From Eubacteriales bacterium (GTDB lineage Bacteria > Bacillota > Clostridia > Oscillospirales > QAKW01): a stretch of DNA of 64,000 bases. Position numbers and translations under genes: made by a program. Location: positions 13,105 to 77,104 of the forward strand of contig JAZQDW010000071.1 in NCBI GenBank assembly GCA_045546995.1, in the 5' to 3' direction. Numbering within the stretch: position 1 is the stretch's first letter; the number at the start of each line of letters is the position of its first letter. The notes beneath the pieces were generated by a model. That model saw only the letters and a program-made list of their open reading frames with translations, was not told the DNA's origin and ran no database searches. Positions 9,427-17,507 of this stretch are shown here, in pieces.

Positions 9427-9702
9427 GGGCGCCGCTCCGCAGAGATAAATCCGCTCAAAAATGGCTGTCTTGCCCTATACTACGTCAAAACACCGCAATA
9501 TGCGTCTGCATTATTGCGGTGTTTTTTCTTGTCTACGACAAAAAGTATCTCATTTTTAAGTGCCAAAGGCAGTTTTTGGATAGGAAATTTTGTTTGCGGT
9601 GAAGTCAAAAACGTAGGAATACCGGCGTATTCCGAGGCTTTTGACGAGATGGCGTGCAAAATTTATATGCAAAAACCGGTTGATCTCTGCGGAGTGCCGC
9701 CC
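9427..9702. mobile_element. MITE-like palindromic element, about 276 bp
   Basis: Terminal inverted repeats 9427-9446 / 9683-9702 (18/20 match), internal hairpins; absent at the paralogous site near 11620. Confidence 0.7.
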
Positions 9703-9704
9703 GG

Positions 9705-9878
9705 TTTATGCTTTTTTCTTTTTTAGGGCAAAGACGAGGATGAGCGCAACCAGCGCCACCGCGCCGCCCACAATGCCGATCCACAGCCACGGTGCCTGCG
9801 GAGCATCATCTTCCGGATCAACCGTGTCACCAACGTCTTTACCGGCATCGCCTTCCGTAACGGTGGTCGCCGTGTTCT
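9705..9878. repeat. 174-bp direct repeat (partner anchor region), paired with 11623-11796
   Basis: 3 mismatches by direct comparison. Confidence 0.95.
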
Positions 9879-10788
9879 TCGGAGGAGTGGGCGCCTTCTC
9901 TGTTTCGGGTGCCATCTCCGGTTCAGGCGCTTTCTCTGTTTCGGGCGCCGTCTCCGTTTGCGGCTCAATTACAGTGTTGTCATCGCTTTCATTCGCGGTA
10001 CTTCCCGCAGCGCTACCAATACTTCCGGGCGGAGAAAGCTCCGGCGTTTCTTCAAGGTATTTCTCCAATGCATCAAGAAAGGACAAAGACTCTTCCATCG
10101 TCCAAGCGGTTTTTTGAAACAATGCCGCCTGTTGCTTTTCAAACGCTTCATAACGTTCGATCTCTTTGCTGGCCTGAGTAATTTCCGTCGGAATGCTGAC
10201 AAGATAACGTTGTCCATCTTTTTCTGACAATACAAAATACCAATAATCGCACTTAATCAATAAAAGCGGTCTGTATTCTTCCGCCCCGATCTTCTTCATT
10301 GTGGCAAGCAAGAAATTCTTATCCATCCTCAGTCTATTCCAATTTTTTGGATTTATTACCGGGGTAGGCTTTTCGGTCTTTAGATTTATCGTCCAGAAAA
10401 AGTTCTCCGCCGGCTTGCCATCGTAATAACAGCGAAAATAAAATTGAGCTTTTTTTTCATCTAATTCCTTGGCAATGTCCGACGACTGCAACACCGTTCT
10501 GATTTTTTCTATTTCCAACGCGTAAAATACCGAAATGTGTTCAGTATCTATAAAAAGTTTGCTTTTATCCAGTGTTTCTCCGGGAGGCAAAATATAATTT
10601 TCCATCATGTCAGGAAATTGCTTAAGCAAAATGCTGTAAACGAACGGTTCCAGATCCTTGACAACGTCGTATATTGGCGAGCCCTCAGGCGGAGAAAAAT
10701 AATCTTCGCCTGTTGTCGTTGCCAAGCAAGGAAAGATTGCAGAACCAATTAACAACACGCAAAGCAACATACAAAGCATCTTTTTCAT
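9706..10788 (-). CDS. Secreted, C-terminally membrane-anchored hypothetical protein (candidate immunity/partner 2)
   Basis: Signal peptide, PETEKA-type low-complexity stalk, C-terminal TM + KKKKA; last ~57 aa nearly identical to 11624..12622. Confidence 0.8.
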   Translation of the reverse strand: MKKMLCMLLCVLLIGSAIFPCLATTTGEDYFSPPEGSPIYDVVKDLEPFVYSILLKQFPDMMENYILPPGETLDKSKLFIDTEHISVFYALEIEKIRTVLQSSDIAKELDEKKAQFYFRCYYDGKPAENFFWTINLKTEKPTPVINPKNWNRLRMDKNFLLATMKKIGAEEYRPLLLIKCDYWYFVLSEKDGQRYLVSIPTEITQASKEIERYEAFEKQQAALFQKTAWTMEESLSFLDALEKYLEETPELSPPGSIGSAAGSTANESDDNTVIEPQTETAPETEKAPEPEMAPETEKAPTPPKNTATTVTEGDAGKDVGDTVDPEDDAPQAPWLWIGIVGGAVALVALILVFALKKKKA

Positions 10789-10802
10789 AACAAAGCTCCT
10801 TT

Positions 10803-11445
10803 CTACACCACAATAGTTTGATTCGAATATGAAGTCTTGTATACCACCGAATCAATCCACCGCATTTCATTATCAAAAAGCAAATTCCATCCCACAAAAT
10901 CATCATACGCCAGCGGGAGATTACTCATATTATATTCGTCAGGATCAGCAAAATAGTAATAATAAAATCCGGGAGAGTTTGCCATTCCTTGCGCATCTGA
11001 CCATGCATATCCTTTCAACACAATTGCGTGTCCCTCGCTCGTGTTTCTTCTTTGCAGACTTACGATGATCGGTTTGTTCCACTTAATAAACCTTCGTATC
11101 AAGGCTTCAGAATATATTTGACCTCCATAACCTTCAAAATGGGTGCTATTTATATTTCCATCTACGAAATAATTGGCTGCTTTTCTCATTCCTTCCAGAT
11201 CACCGAGCACATTTTCGGTATGTCCCTTAACCGCAGAAACAGCCAAGCTTTGTGAAACCAAATTTGAGGGAACACTTACGCTTGCCACCATTTTAGCAGA
11301 TGCTACCCAATACCAATTGCTTTTGTCTTGATGATAGAAATTGATATTTGATTGTACGTTTGTGTATGATAAAAACCACATATCAGCATTGCCTTCATCA
11401 GCGGTTTTTGTAGTATAGTATTGATTTACGTAACCGCTGCGTGCG
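10803..11445 (-). pseudogene. Orphan C-terminal papain-like (C39-like) peptidase module, 5'-truncated, catalytic Cys->Tyr
   Basis: Homologous to the C-terminus of 12637..14298 (QDKSNWYWVASAKM vs QEGKNWCWAASAKM; HAIVLKG vs HALNIIG; ADP vs YDP); no signal peptide; begins with 33 bp identical to 13241-13273. Confidence 0.75.
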
Positions 11446-11586
11446 AAAGCTATTCTGCCGAAGGTTCACTCTTCACGGAGCTCACCATCTTTTCTCTTGA
11501 TTTCATTATAGCATACCGTACGTGGCGCTGCAATATAGCAACATTCACAAGCCGCAAAGCGGAAATTTGTGGAAAGTGACAGCGCA
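11445..11586. repeat. 142-bp direct repeat (promoter/leader region), paired with 14394-14535
   Basis: 4 mismatches by direct comparison. Confidence 0.95.
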
Positions 11587-11619
11587 CAAAAAACGCCCGA
11601 GGGGAAAGTCCCTCGGGCA
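11587..11619 (-). terminator. Intrinsic terminator of cassette 1
   Basis: GCCCGAGGG-GAAAGT-CCCTCGGGC stem with a T-tract on the minus strand, right after the stop codon. Confidence 0.85.
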
Positions 11620-11623
11620 GTTT

Positions 11624-12622
11624 TTATGCTTTTTTCTTTTTTAGGACAAAGACGAGGATGAGCGTAACCAGCGCCACCGCGCCGCCCACAATGCCGATCC
11701 ACAGCCACGGTGCCTGCGGAGCATCGTCTTCCGGATCAACCGTGTCACCAACGTCTTTACCGGCATCGCCTTCCGTAACGGTGGTCGCCGTGTTCTCTGC
11801 TCCATCTCCACCGCCCGGATTGATCGGTTTATTTTTGTTTGCTTCAATCACTTTTTTTATTTCCGCATCGTACGCCGACATGGCTTTAACAAATTGTTCC
11901 TTATCAAAGGTGCGTTGTTCGCAGAAACGGGCATCGTAATCTTTATGGTAGGTGTTCATATAGGTATCAGAAAGATAAACTGCTATGGTTTCCTCGCCTT
12001 TTGTACACAAAACAAAGGTAGTATAGGTTGTTGCCATAGAAAATATATGTTGCGGTGTCCAATCGGAAAGACCGCATTCTTGCAACGTTGCCAGCAACCG
12101 ATCTTCCAAAATGATATCACAATCTTTATCATACATATTGGGACTCGTGATTGCGTACTCATTCTTTGTTGCAGTATAAGTTATTTCATGCGCATACGAA
12201 TAAAATTTTCCTTTGTAGTAGATAGGGGCGTAAAAAACCTGCCTTTGTTTTGCATCTAACGTCTGATGCAAAAACGAAAGTTTGTCTTTCGCGTCAAATA
12301 ACTGTGCAACCTGCTCAACCGTCCAATCCTCTGACCACCATACAGGTTTTGTAAGATCGACCTTCAGTTCGTCCATTTCAAACTGCGTAACGTCAAAATC
12401 TATCTCTTTGTTATTTACAATCTCTTTGTTCAGTTTTGCCCAAAGTTTGAACTGTTCCTTGACATATTCTTCAGAAACGTTGCTTGCAACAAATTGCCGA
12501 TACCCTTCTTCGCTTCCGTCATAATAAAAAGCCGAGCCAACCTTTGCAAAAGCAGAAACCGACAACGCCGCTATGATTATCACCATACAAATTACCGCAA
12601 ACAGTTTTTTGACAAATTTCAT
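11624..12622 (-). CDS. Secreted, C-terminally membrane-anchored hypothetical protein (candidate immunity/partner 1)
   Basis: Signal peptide ending SAFA, AAAGGAGG RBS abutting the upstream stop, C-terminal TM + KKKKA. Confidence 0.8.
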   Translation of the reverse strand: MKFVKKLFAVICMVIIIAALSVSAFAKVGSAFYYDGSEEGYRQFVASNVSEEYVKEQFKLWAKLNKEIVNNKEIDFDVTQFEMDELKVDLTKPVWWSEDWTVEQVAQLFDAKDKLSFLHQTLDAKQRQVFYAPIYYKGKFYSYAHEITYTATKNEYAITSPNMYDKDCDIILEDRLLATLQECGLSDWTPQHIFSMATTYTTFVLCTKGEETIAVYLSDTYMNTYHKDYDARFCEQRTFDKEQFVKAMSAYDAEIKKVIEANKNKPINPGGGDGAENTATTVTEGDAGKDVGDTVDPEDDAPQAPWLWIGIVGGAVALVTLILVFVLKKKKA

Positions 12623-12636
12623 AAAAGCGCCTCCTT

Positions 12637-14298
12637 TCAAGCAATCGGAGCAATAATATCATCATAATAGGTTTCGTGCTTATACACGATCACCTGTTCC
12701 CAACGAGCGCCCTTAACCGAGCAAATTGAATTATACGAACGGAGCACACTATAATCCGTCCATCTCATCTGCTCGTGTGGGTCTGCCGGATCATAATAAC
12801 AAAAGTCATATTTTCTGGTATTTTCGTTCCAAGCAAAGCCAATAATATTTAGGGCGTGCGCCAAAGTAGTATTTCGAACGATAATAGAAATCGAGTGATC
12901 GTCCACTATAAATTTTCGAAGTGTTGCCTCTGAATAGTTTGACAAAATAGGAAAACCATAAAAATCATTACTGTTAATATTCCCAGTTTTAATATAATTT
13001 GCAACCTGAGCCATTTTAGTTTCGTTTTGACCTGTATTCGGAGCATCATTTACTACTGCAATAATCGCGTTTGTTAATGTGGCGGAGAAATTTTGAGGAT
13101 CTTCACTGCTCGCCAACATTTTTGCCGATGCCGCCCAGCACCAGTTTTTCCCTTCTTGCGAAACCCAAGCGGTAGAGGTGAATTTCATGGTATCTTCTAA
13201 TTTCCAAATATCGATTCTATCCGTTGCGGCGCTTTGCGAGGTATAGTATTGATTTACGTAACCGCTGCGTGCGGAAAGCGCCATGGTTCCGTAGGAAGAA
13301 CGGGGGACGAATTTATAATAACCGTTTGACATTTTGATGACCCAAAACTGTTGCCGCAGCACTACGCCCGACGATTTTAAATACAGTTGTCGGTTTTCGT
13401 GTTCTATGCCGCTGTCCCACTGGATCTCCACCCGTCGGTCGGTATTATATCCGACGGCCGGCTGGATATAAAAATATTTGCCGGTGCTGTTATATATGAA
13501 TTTATAGATCTGTCCGGTGTTGCCGGTAAAATCCTGCAGCTGAATTCGTGTATTTTCCGCCGAAGAATTGCTTACTGTGCCCCAATATTTTGCCGTGTTG
13601 CCACGCCGAATGTAAAACGTTTGACCGTCAAGCTCTGCATTTTGCGCCGTCAAGTTTGCCCAACTGCCCGTAATGTTGGAATAGTGCAAAAAACCGCGCT
13701 TGATTTTTCCGGTCGACGTGACTGTATACTGAATGAAATTATAATTCCCTTCGGTTCGGATCAATTTAACCGTTTCCTGCCCAACCGTTCCAACGGTGGC
13801 ATAGGTGGTACCGGGACCTGCATATACCGTTCCGGCAACAGAGGTATACTCTTTGCTGTAGGCAGGCCTGTATTCATCCACTACGTCGGCAGGCATATAG
13901 CGACTGCCGTTACGGTAAACGTTATCCGAACTGAAATAGCCGCGATGAGAAGCGCCGTTATAGGTAAAACCACAATAATAATAGTACATATTGTTATCCG
14001 GACACTTTGCCTTTTCAACCACCCAAACGTCTGTATTGATCGGAATGGCGCCTAATGTATGACCCAAATTCGGATTGGGCGCCAAATAGCAATTGGTATT
14101 TACAACCAAATACGCTTTTACAGGTTGCGCGATACTCATCACCGACATTTCGTCCGAACCGAATTCGGCAAACTCCTCGGTCGTAACAGAAACATCGGGA
14201 GGCTGTGTATCTTCGTTGTGTGCACTGATGGGGATCAGTGTACACAACATTGAAAGGATCAGCATCCAACCCACAATATAAAATTGCTTCCGCTTCAT
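12637..14298 (-). CDS. Secreted SH3-like + RICIN-lectin + papain-like (C39-like) cysteine peptidase
   Basis: Signal peptide; VYAGPGTTY...KRGF SH3-like segment; Q-x-(F/Y/W) ricin repeats; Q-x4-WCWA...H..I.G...DP catalytic pattern; AAGGAGG RBS. Confidence 0.75.
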   Translation of the reverse strand: MKRKQFYIVGWMLILSMLCTLIPISAHNEDTQPPDVSVTTEEFAEFGSDEMSVMSIAQPVKAYLVVNTNCYLAPNPNLGHTLGAIPINTDVWVVEKAKCPDNNMYYYYCGFTYNGASHRGYFSSDNVYRNGSRYMPADVVDEYRPAYSKEYTSVAGTVYAGPGTTYATVGTVGQETVKLIRTEGNYNFIQYTVTSTGKIKRGFLHYSNITGSWANLTAQNAELDGQTFYIRRGNTAKYWGTVSNSSAENTRIQLQDFTGNTGQIYKFIYNSTGKYFYIQPAVGYNTDRRVEIQWDSGIEHENRQLYLKSSGVVLRQQFWVIKMSNGYYKFVPRSSYGTMALSARSGYVNQYYTSQSAATDRIDIWKLEDTMKFTSTAWVSQEGKNWCWAASAKMLASSEDPQNFSATLTNAIIAVVNDAPNTGQNETKMAQVANYIKTGNINSNDFYGFPILSNYSEATLRKFIVDDHSISIIVRNTTLAHALNIIGFAWNENTRKYDFCYYDPADPHEQMRWTDYSVLRSYNSICSVKGARWEQVIVYKHETYYDDIIAPIA

Positions 14299-14359
14299 AT
14301 TTACCTCCTTAAACTATATGATCTTTGACATACGAACAGGAAGGCAAAACAGTCGATCT

Positions 14360-14425
14360 TTATGAAATTGGCTTGCCCGCAAAGCCGCGGGCAGAAAGCT
14401 GTTCTGCCGAAGGTTCACTCTTCAC
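14360..14425 (-). CDS. Possible 21-aa leader ORF (VKSEPSAEQLSARGFAGKPIS)
   Basis: AAGGATGGTGA RBS before GTG, lying between the promoter and the peptidase gene. Confidence 0.3.
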   Translation of the reverse strand: MKSEPSAEQLSARGFAGKPIS

Positions 14426-14453
14426 GGGACTCACCATCCTTTCTCTTGATTTC

Positions 14454-14482
14454 ATTATAGCATACCGTACGTGGCGCTGCAA
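14454..14482 (-). promoter_or_regulatory. Extended -10 sigma-A promoter of the peptidase cassette (duplicated at 11505-11533)
   Basis: TTGCAG-17bp-TATAAT with TGn extension on the minus strand. Confidence 0.65.
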
Positions 14483-14599
14483 TATAGCAACATTCACAAG
14501 CCGCAAAGCGGAAATTTGTGGAAAGTGACAGCGCATTTGCACAAATCCTTTTATTTTTCTGAAAACGGGAAAACCTAACAAACGAGGTGTTATATAATA

Positions 14600-16057
14600 A
14601 TGAAACGTTTCGTTTGTGATTTTCATTTAAACAGCGAGTGGCTGACCCGACAGTTTCAGGGGGATGCCACCTTTCAGGCGCGGCGGGTGATCAATGCGCA
14701 CAATCCGGCTTTGCCCATTATGGTGTTTTATTACGACAGTATGATCAACGGCGATCGATTGAATCGGGATGTGATCACCGCCCTGCGGCGGGAAAAACTG
14801 CAGGGAACGGGGAAAGAACTTGCCGAAGCGGTGGGCGGTATTTTATATGCGGGCACCCAGATGCTCAGCGACGATGCGCTCCTTGCGGCGGTACAGATCG
14901 CCTCGGGGGATTGCGTGGTAATGGTGGGGGATTGCGACAGAGTGATCATACTGGATCTCAAGGGTTTTGCCTCCCGTTCCATCAGCCAGCCGGACGGAGA
15001 GATCAGCGTGGCCGGCCCCCACGAGGGCTTTAATGAGAATATCATCAATTCGTTGGGACTGATCAAAAAACGTCTGTCCAGCCCCGCCCTGCGTTCGGAA
15101 TTTATCAAATTGGGGCAACAATCCAATACGGCCGTGGGTATTTTATATTTGCAGGGCGTGGTGAAGGAGGAAACGGTAACGGCTGTCCGACAACGACTGC
15201 AGGAAATTTCCGTGGACGGCGTGTGGGATGCAAATTATATTTCAGAAATGATGTGCGGTCGCGAGACCATGCTGTTTCCCTCCGTGGGCAAGACCCAACG
15301 GCCGGACGTGGCGGCAGCGAAGCTGTGCGAGGGGAGAGTGGTGCTGCTGATCAATGGCTCGCCCACGGCGCTGACGTTGCCGTACGTATTTACCGAGGCC
15401 TTTCAGGTGGCGGATGACTACTATATGGCCCGCCCGTATGCCAACGTAGGCAGAGTGTTGCGGATGATCGGCTTTTTCCTTTCTTTTTTGGTGCCGGGTA
15501 TTTTTATTGCGTTGGTACTGCATCATCCGCAGATGTTGCCGGCAGAAATGATGTACAGTGTGGCCGCCGCTGGCCGTGGGGTACCGATGGGCTCTTTGCC
15601 GGAAATATTGCTGTTGACCGTGGTGTTTGAGATCTTGCGGGAAACGGGGGCGCGCCTGCCCTCCGCTATCGGTCTGGCGCTCAACGTGGTGGGAGCGTTG
15701 ATACTGGGACAGGCGGCGGTGGAGGCCGGCTTTGCCAGCGCGCCGATGGTAATCGTGGTGGCTTTCTCCGGCACGGTTGGATTGATGGTGGGCGATCTGC
15801 GCGGCACGGTGTTCTTTTTGCGGCTGGGATTTATCGTTGCCGGGGCAATGCTGGGATGGTTCGGCCTGCTGGCGCTTGGCTGTTGTCTGTGGGCATATCT
15901 TCATTCACGGCATCATTTCGGCGTGGAATATATGTACACCTTTTCTCCTTTGTATCCCTTGGTCGGACAGGACGTGTTTTGTCGCGCGAAAATACCATTT
16001 ATGAATTTCAGACCGAAAAAGTTTTCCAAAAATAAAAAAAGGCAGGGACGTGTATGA
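14600..16057 (+). CDS. Spore germination receptor subunit A (GerA/GerKA family)
   Basis: GPHEGFNE, RPD..A..L.EGRV, GSPTAL.LP, EILRETGARLP, IVVA motifs. Confidence 0.92.
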   Translation: MKRFVCDFHLNSEWLTRQFQGDATFQARRVINAHNPALPIMVFYYDSMINGDRLNRDVITALRREKLQGTGKELAEAVGGILYAGTQMLSDDALLAAVQIASGDCVVMVGDCDRVIILDLKGFASRSISQPDGEISVAGPHEGFNENIINSLGLIKKRLSSPALRSEFIKLGQQSNTAVGILYLQGVVKEETVTAVRQRLQEISVDGVWDANYISEMMCGRETMLFPSVGKTQRPDVAAAKLCEGRVVLLINGSPTALTLPYVFTEAFQVADDYYMARPYANVGRVLRMIGFFLSFLVPGIFIALVLHHPQMLPAEMMYSVAAAGRGVPMGSLPEILLLTVVFEILRETGARLPSAIGLALNVVGALILGQAAVEAGFASAPMVIVVAFSGTVGLMVGDLRGTVFFLRLGFIVAGAMLGWFGLLALGCCLWAYLHSRHHFGVEYMYTFSPLYPLVGQDVFCRAKIPFMNFRPKKFSKNKKRQGRV

Positions 16058-16692
16058 AGATCAATAAAAGATGGTTGGTTTTATTGTCCGTGGCGGTTAT
16101 GGCGCTTTGTTTACTGCTTCGCTCCAACGTGCAGGAAATCAGCGCTGTCAGTGACGTTGCGGGTATTGCCGTCGATCCTGCCGAAAACGGAACGTATCGG
16201 TTTTCCTTCTTGGTGACGACGGTTGACAAGGAGAGTGCCTTTACAGTAAAGACCAAACTGCTGCAGGTGCAAGCCGCCGATCTACGCAAAGCCTTGCGTC
16301 GTGCCGGTTTGCAGAGTGAATTTACCCTTACGCTTACCCACGGGAGTATGGTGGTCATCAACGGACGATTGCTGGGGGAGGATATGAATAAGATTTCTAA
16401 AATGTTGTTTACCCAATGGCAAGGGCGGATGGATACGGTACTGGCCCTGACGGAGAACTGCGCGGCACAGTCGATTCTGCAAACCATGGAGGGGGAAAAT
16501 CTGCGAGCTGGCTTACTGGGGGAACCGTTGCGGCGCGCGTGTCGCAACGGTGATCTGGAATGTGTGGACGCCTTTGTGCTGAGCAGTCGTATATTGTCCG
16601 ACAGCGGCGCGCCGCTTCCGTTGATCACGCTGTTGGAGGACGGATACCGTATCTGCGGCAGTGTTCTGGTACAAGGGGGTGACAGACGGTGA
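16054..16692 (+). CDS. Ger(x)C-like protein, short
   Basis: EI...VAGIAVD N-terminal Ger(x)C-like motif; ATGA coupling to gerA; only 212 aa. Confidence 0.55.
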   Translation: MKINKRWLVLLSVAVMALCLLLRSNVQEISAVSDVAGIAVDPAENGTYRFSFLVTTVDKESAFTVKTKLLQVQAADLRKALRRAGLQSEFTLTLTHGSMVVINGRLLGEDMNKISKMLFTQWQGRMDTVLALTENCAAQSILQTMEGENLRAGLLGEPLRRACRNGDLECVDAFVLSSRILSDSGAPLPLITLLEDGYRICGSVLVQGGDRR

Positions 16693-17423
16693 ATCGGTTT
16701 GCATACGGGTTGTTGCTTTCCCTTTGTGTCATCGTCTGGTCGTTGGTCTGTCCGCCGACGGCGGCAAACCTAATGCTGACGGTGTTTGTGGGCGGTATTG
16801 CATTATTGTTGCCCGGCGGTCGGTTGCGGCGGTTGCAAGAGGTTTGGATCGTGGCCTCCGGCGTGCTATGTCTGGTGGGCGGTCTGTTTGCGGCGACCCG
16901 AACGGCTCCACAGATACCCTTGTGGCAATGGATGGTCGGTTGGTTGGTGCTGATATTGTTGTTATATCGCTGTGGATCGGTACCGATGCAACGGTCGGTG
17001 CTGCCGATCGGCGTTGCGGCAGGGAGCTTGTTTGCAGTGACGTTCTTCTTTTCCGTTGCGCTTTGGCAAAACGTACCCACTCCGAGCATTGTGCTGTCGT
17101 GGTATGACGTTGCCGGGGCGGTGACGCTGTCAGGCTGTATCCTGCTGGCAAAGAAAACCTGCGGCAACTGCCGGCAGACGGTTAGCGGCTGTGTTACGGG
17201 GATGGTGCTCTACGTTCTGCACGGTCTGTTACCGTATATTCTATGGAGCGGCGCGGCGGTTACAGCGGCGGATCAACCGTTGTTGCTGGCGTGGACGCGT
17301 CTGGGCTGGGGCTCGCCCGAGGTGATTCTGTCTGCAACGGGCGCCACGCTGTGCCTGTGGCAAAACGTAACGGTGCTGACACAAACGCATATGATCGTAA
17401 ATTTCCGTGGAAAAGAACTGTAA
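16689..17423 (+). CDS. Multi-pass membrane protein, possibly a degenerate GerB subunit
   Basis: Highly hydrophobic, GTGA-coupled third gene of the operon; no clear motif. Confidence 0.4.
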   Translation: MNRFAYGLLLSLCVIVWSLVCPPTAANLMLTVFVGGIALLLPGGRLRRLQEVWIVASGVLCLVGGLFAATRTAPQIPLWQWMVGWLVLILLLYRCGSVPMQRSVLPIGVAAGSLFAVTFFFSVALWQNVPTPSIVLSWYDVAGAVTLSGCILLAKKTCGNCRQTVSGCVTGMVLYVLHGLLPYILWSGAAVTAADQPLLLAWTRLGWGSPEVILSATGATLCLWQNVTVLTQTHMIVNFRGKEL

Positions 17424-17507
17424 GGTATTGAATTTTTATTTGTGATGTATTAAAATAAATAAAAACATGTCGAAAGTTTTTGCTTTTTTCCTAAGGAGGA
17501 ATATGAT

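Noticed and set aside
9706-12622. Sortase (LPXTG) anchoring of the partner proteins
   Set aside because: No LPXTG-like motif precedes the TM (…DDAPQAPW-TM-KKKKA), so it is treated as a plain membrane anchor.
14341-14412. GGCAAAAC...CGCAAAGCCGCGGG resembles a c-di-GMP-I (GEMM) riboswitch
   Set aside because: It lies on the + strand, antisense to the adjacent peptidase leader; the GAAA tetraloop stem, the GACGCAAA core and the CUAA receptor are not properly present. An Rfam scan would settle it.
17468-17474. Perfect Spo0A box (TGTCGAA) upstream of the VWA/lectin gene
   Set aside because: A single 7-mer is expected by chance several times in 64 kb; there is no supporting second box.
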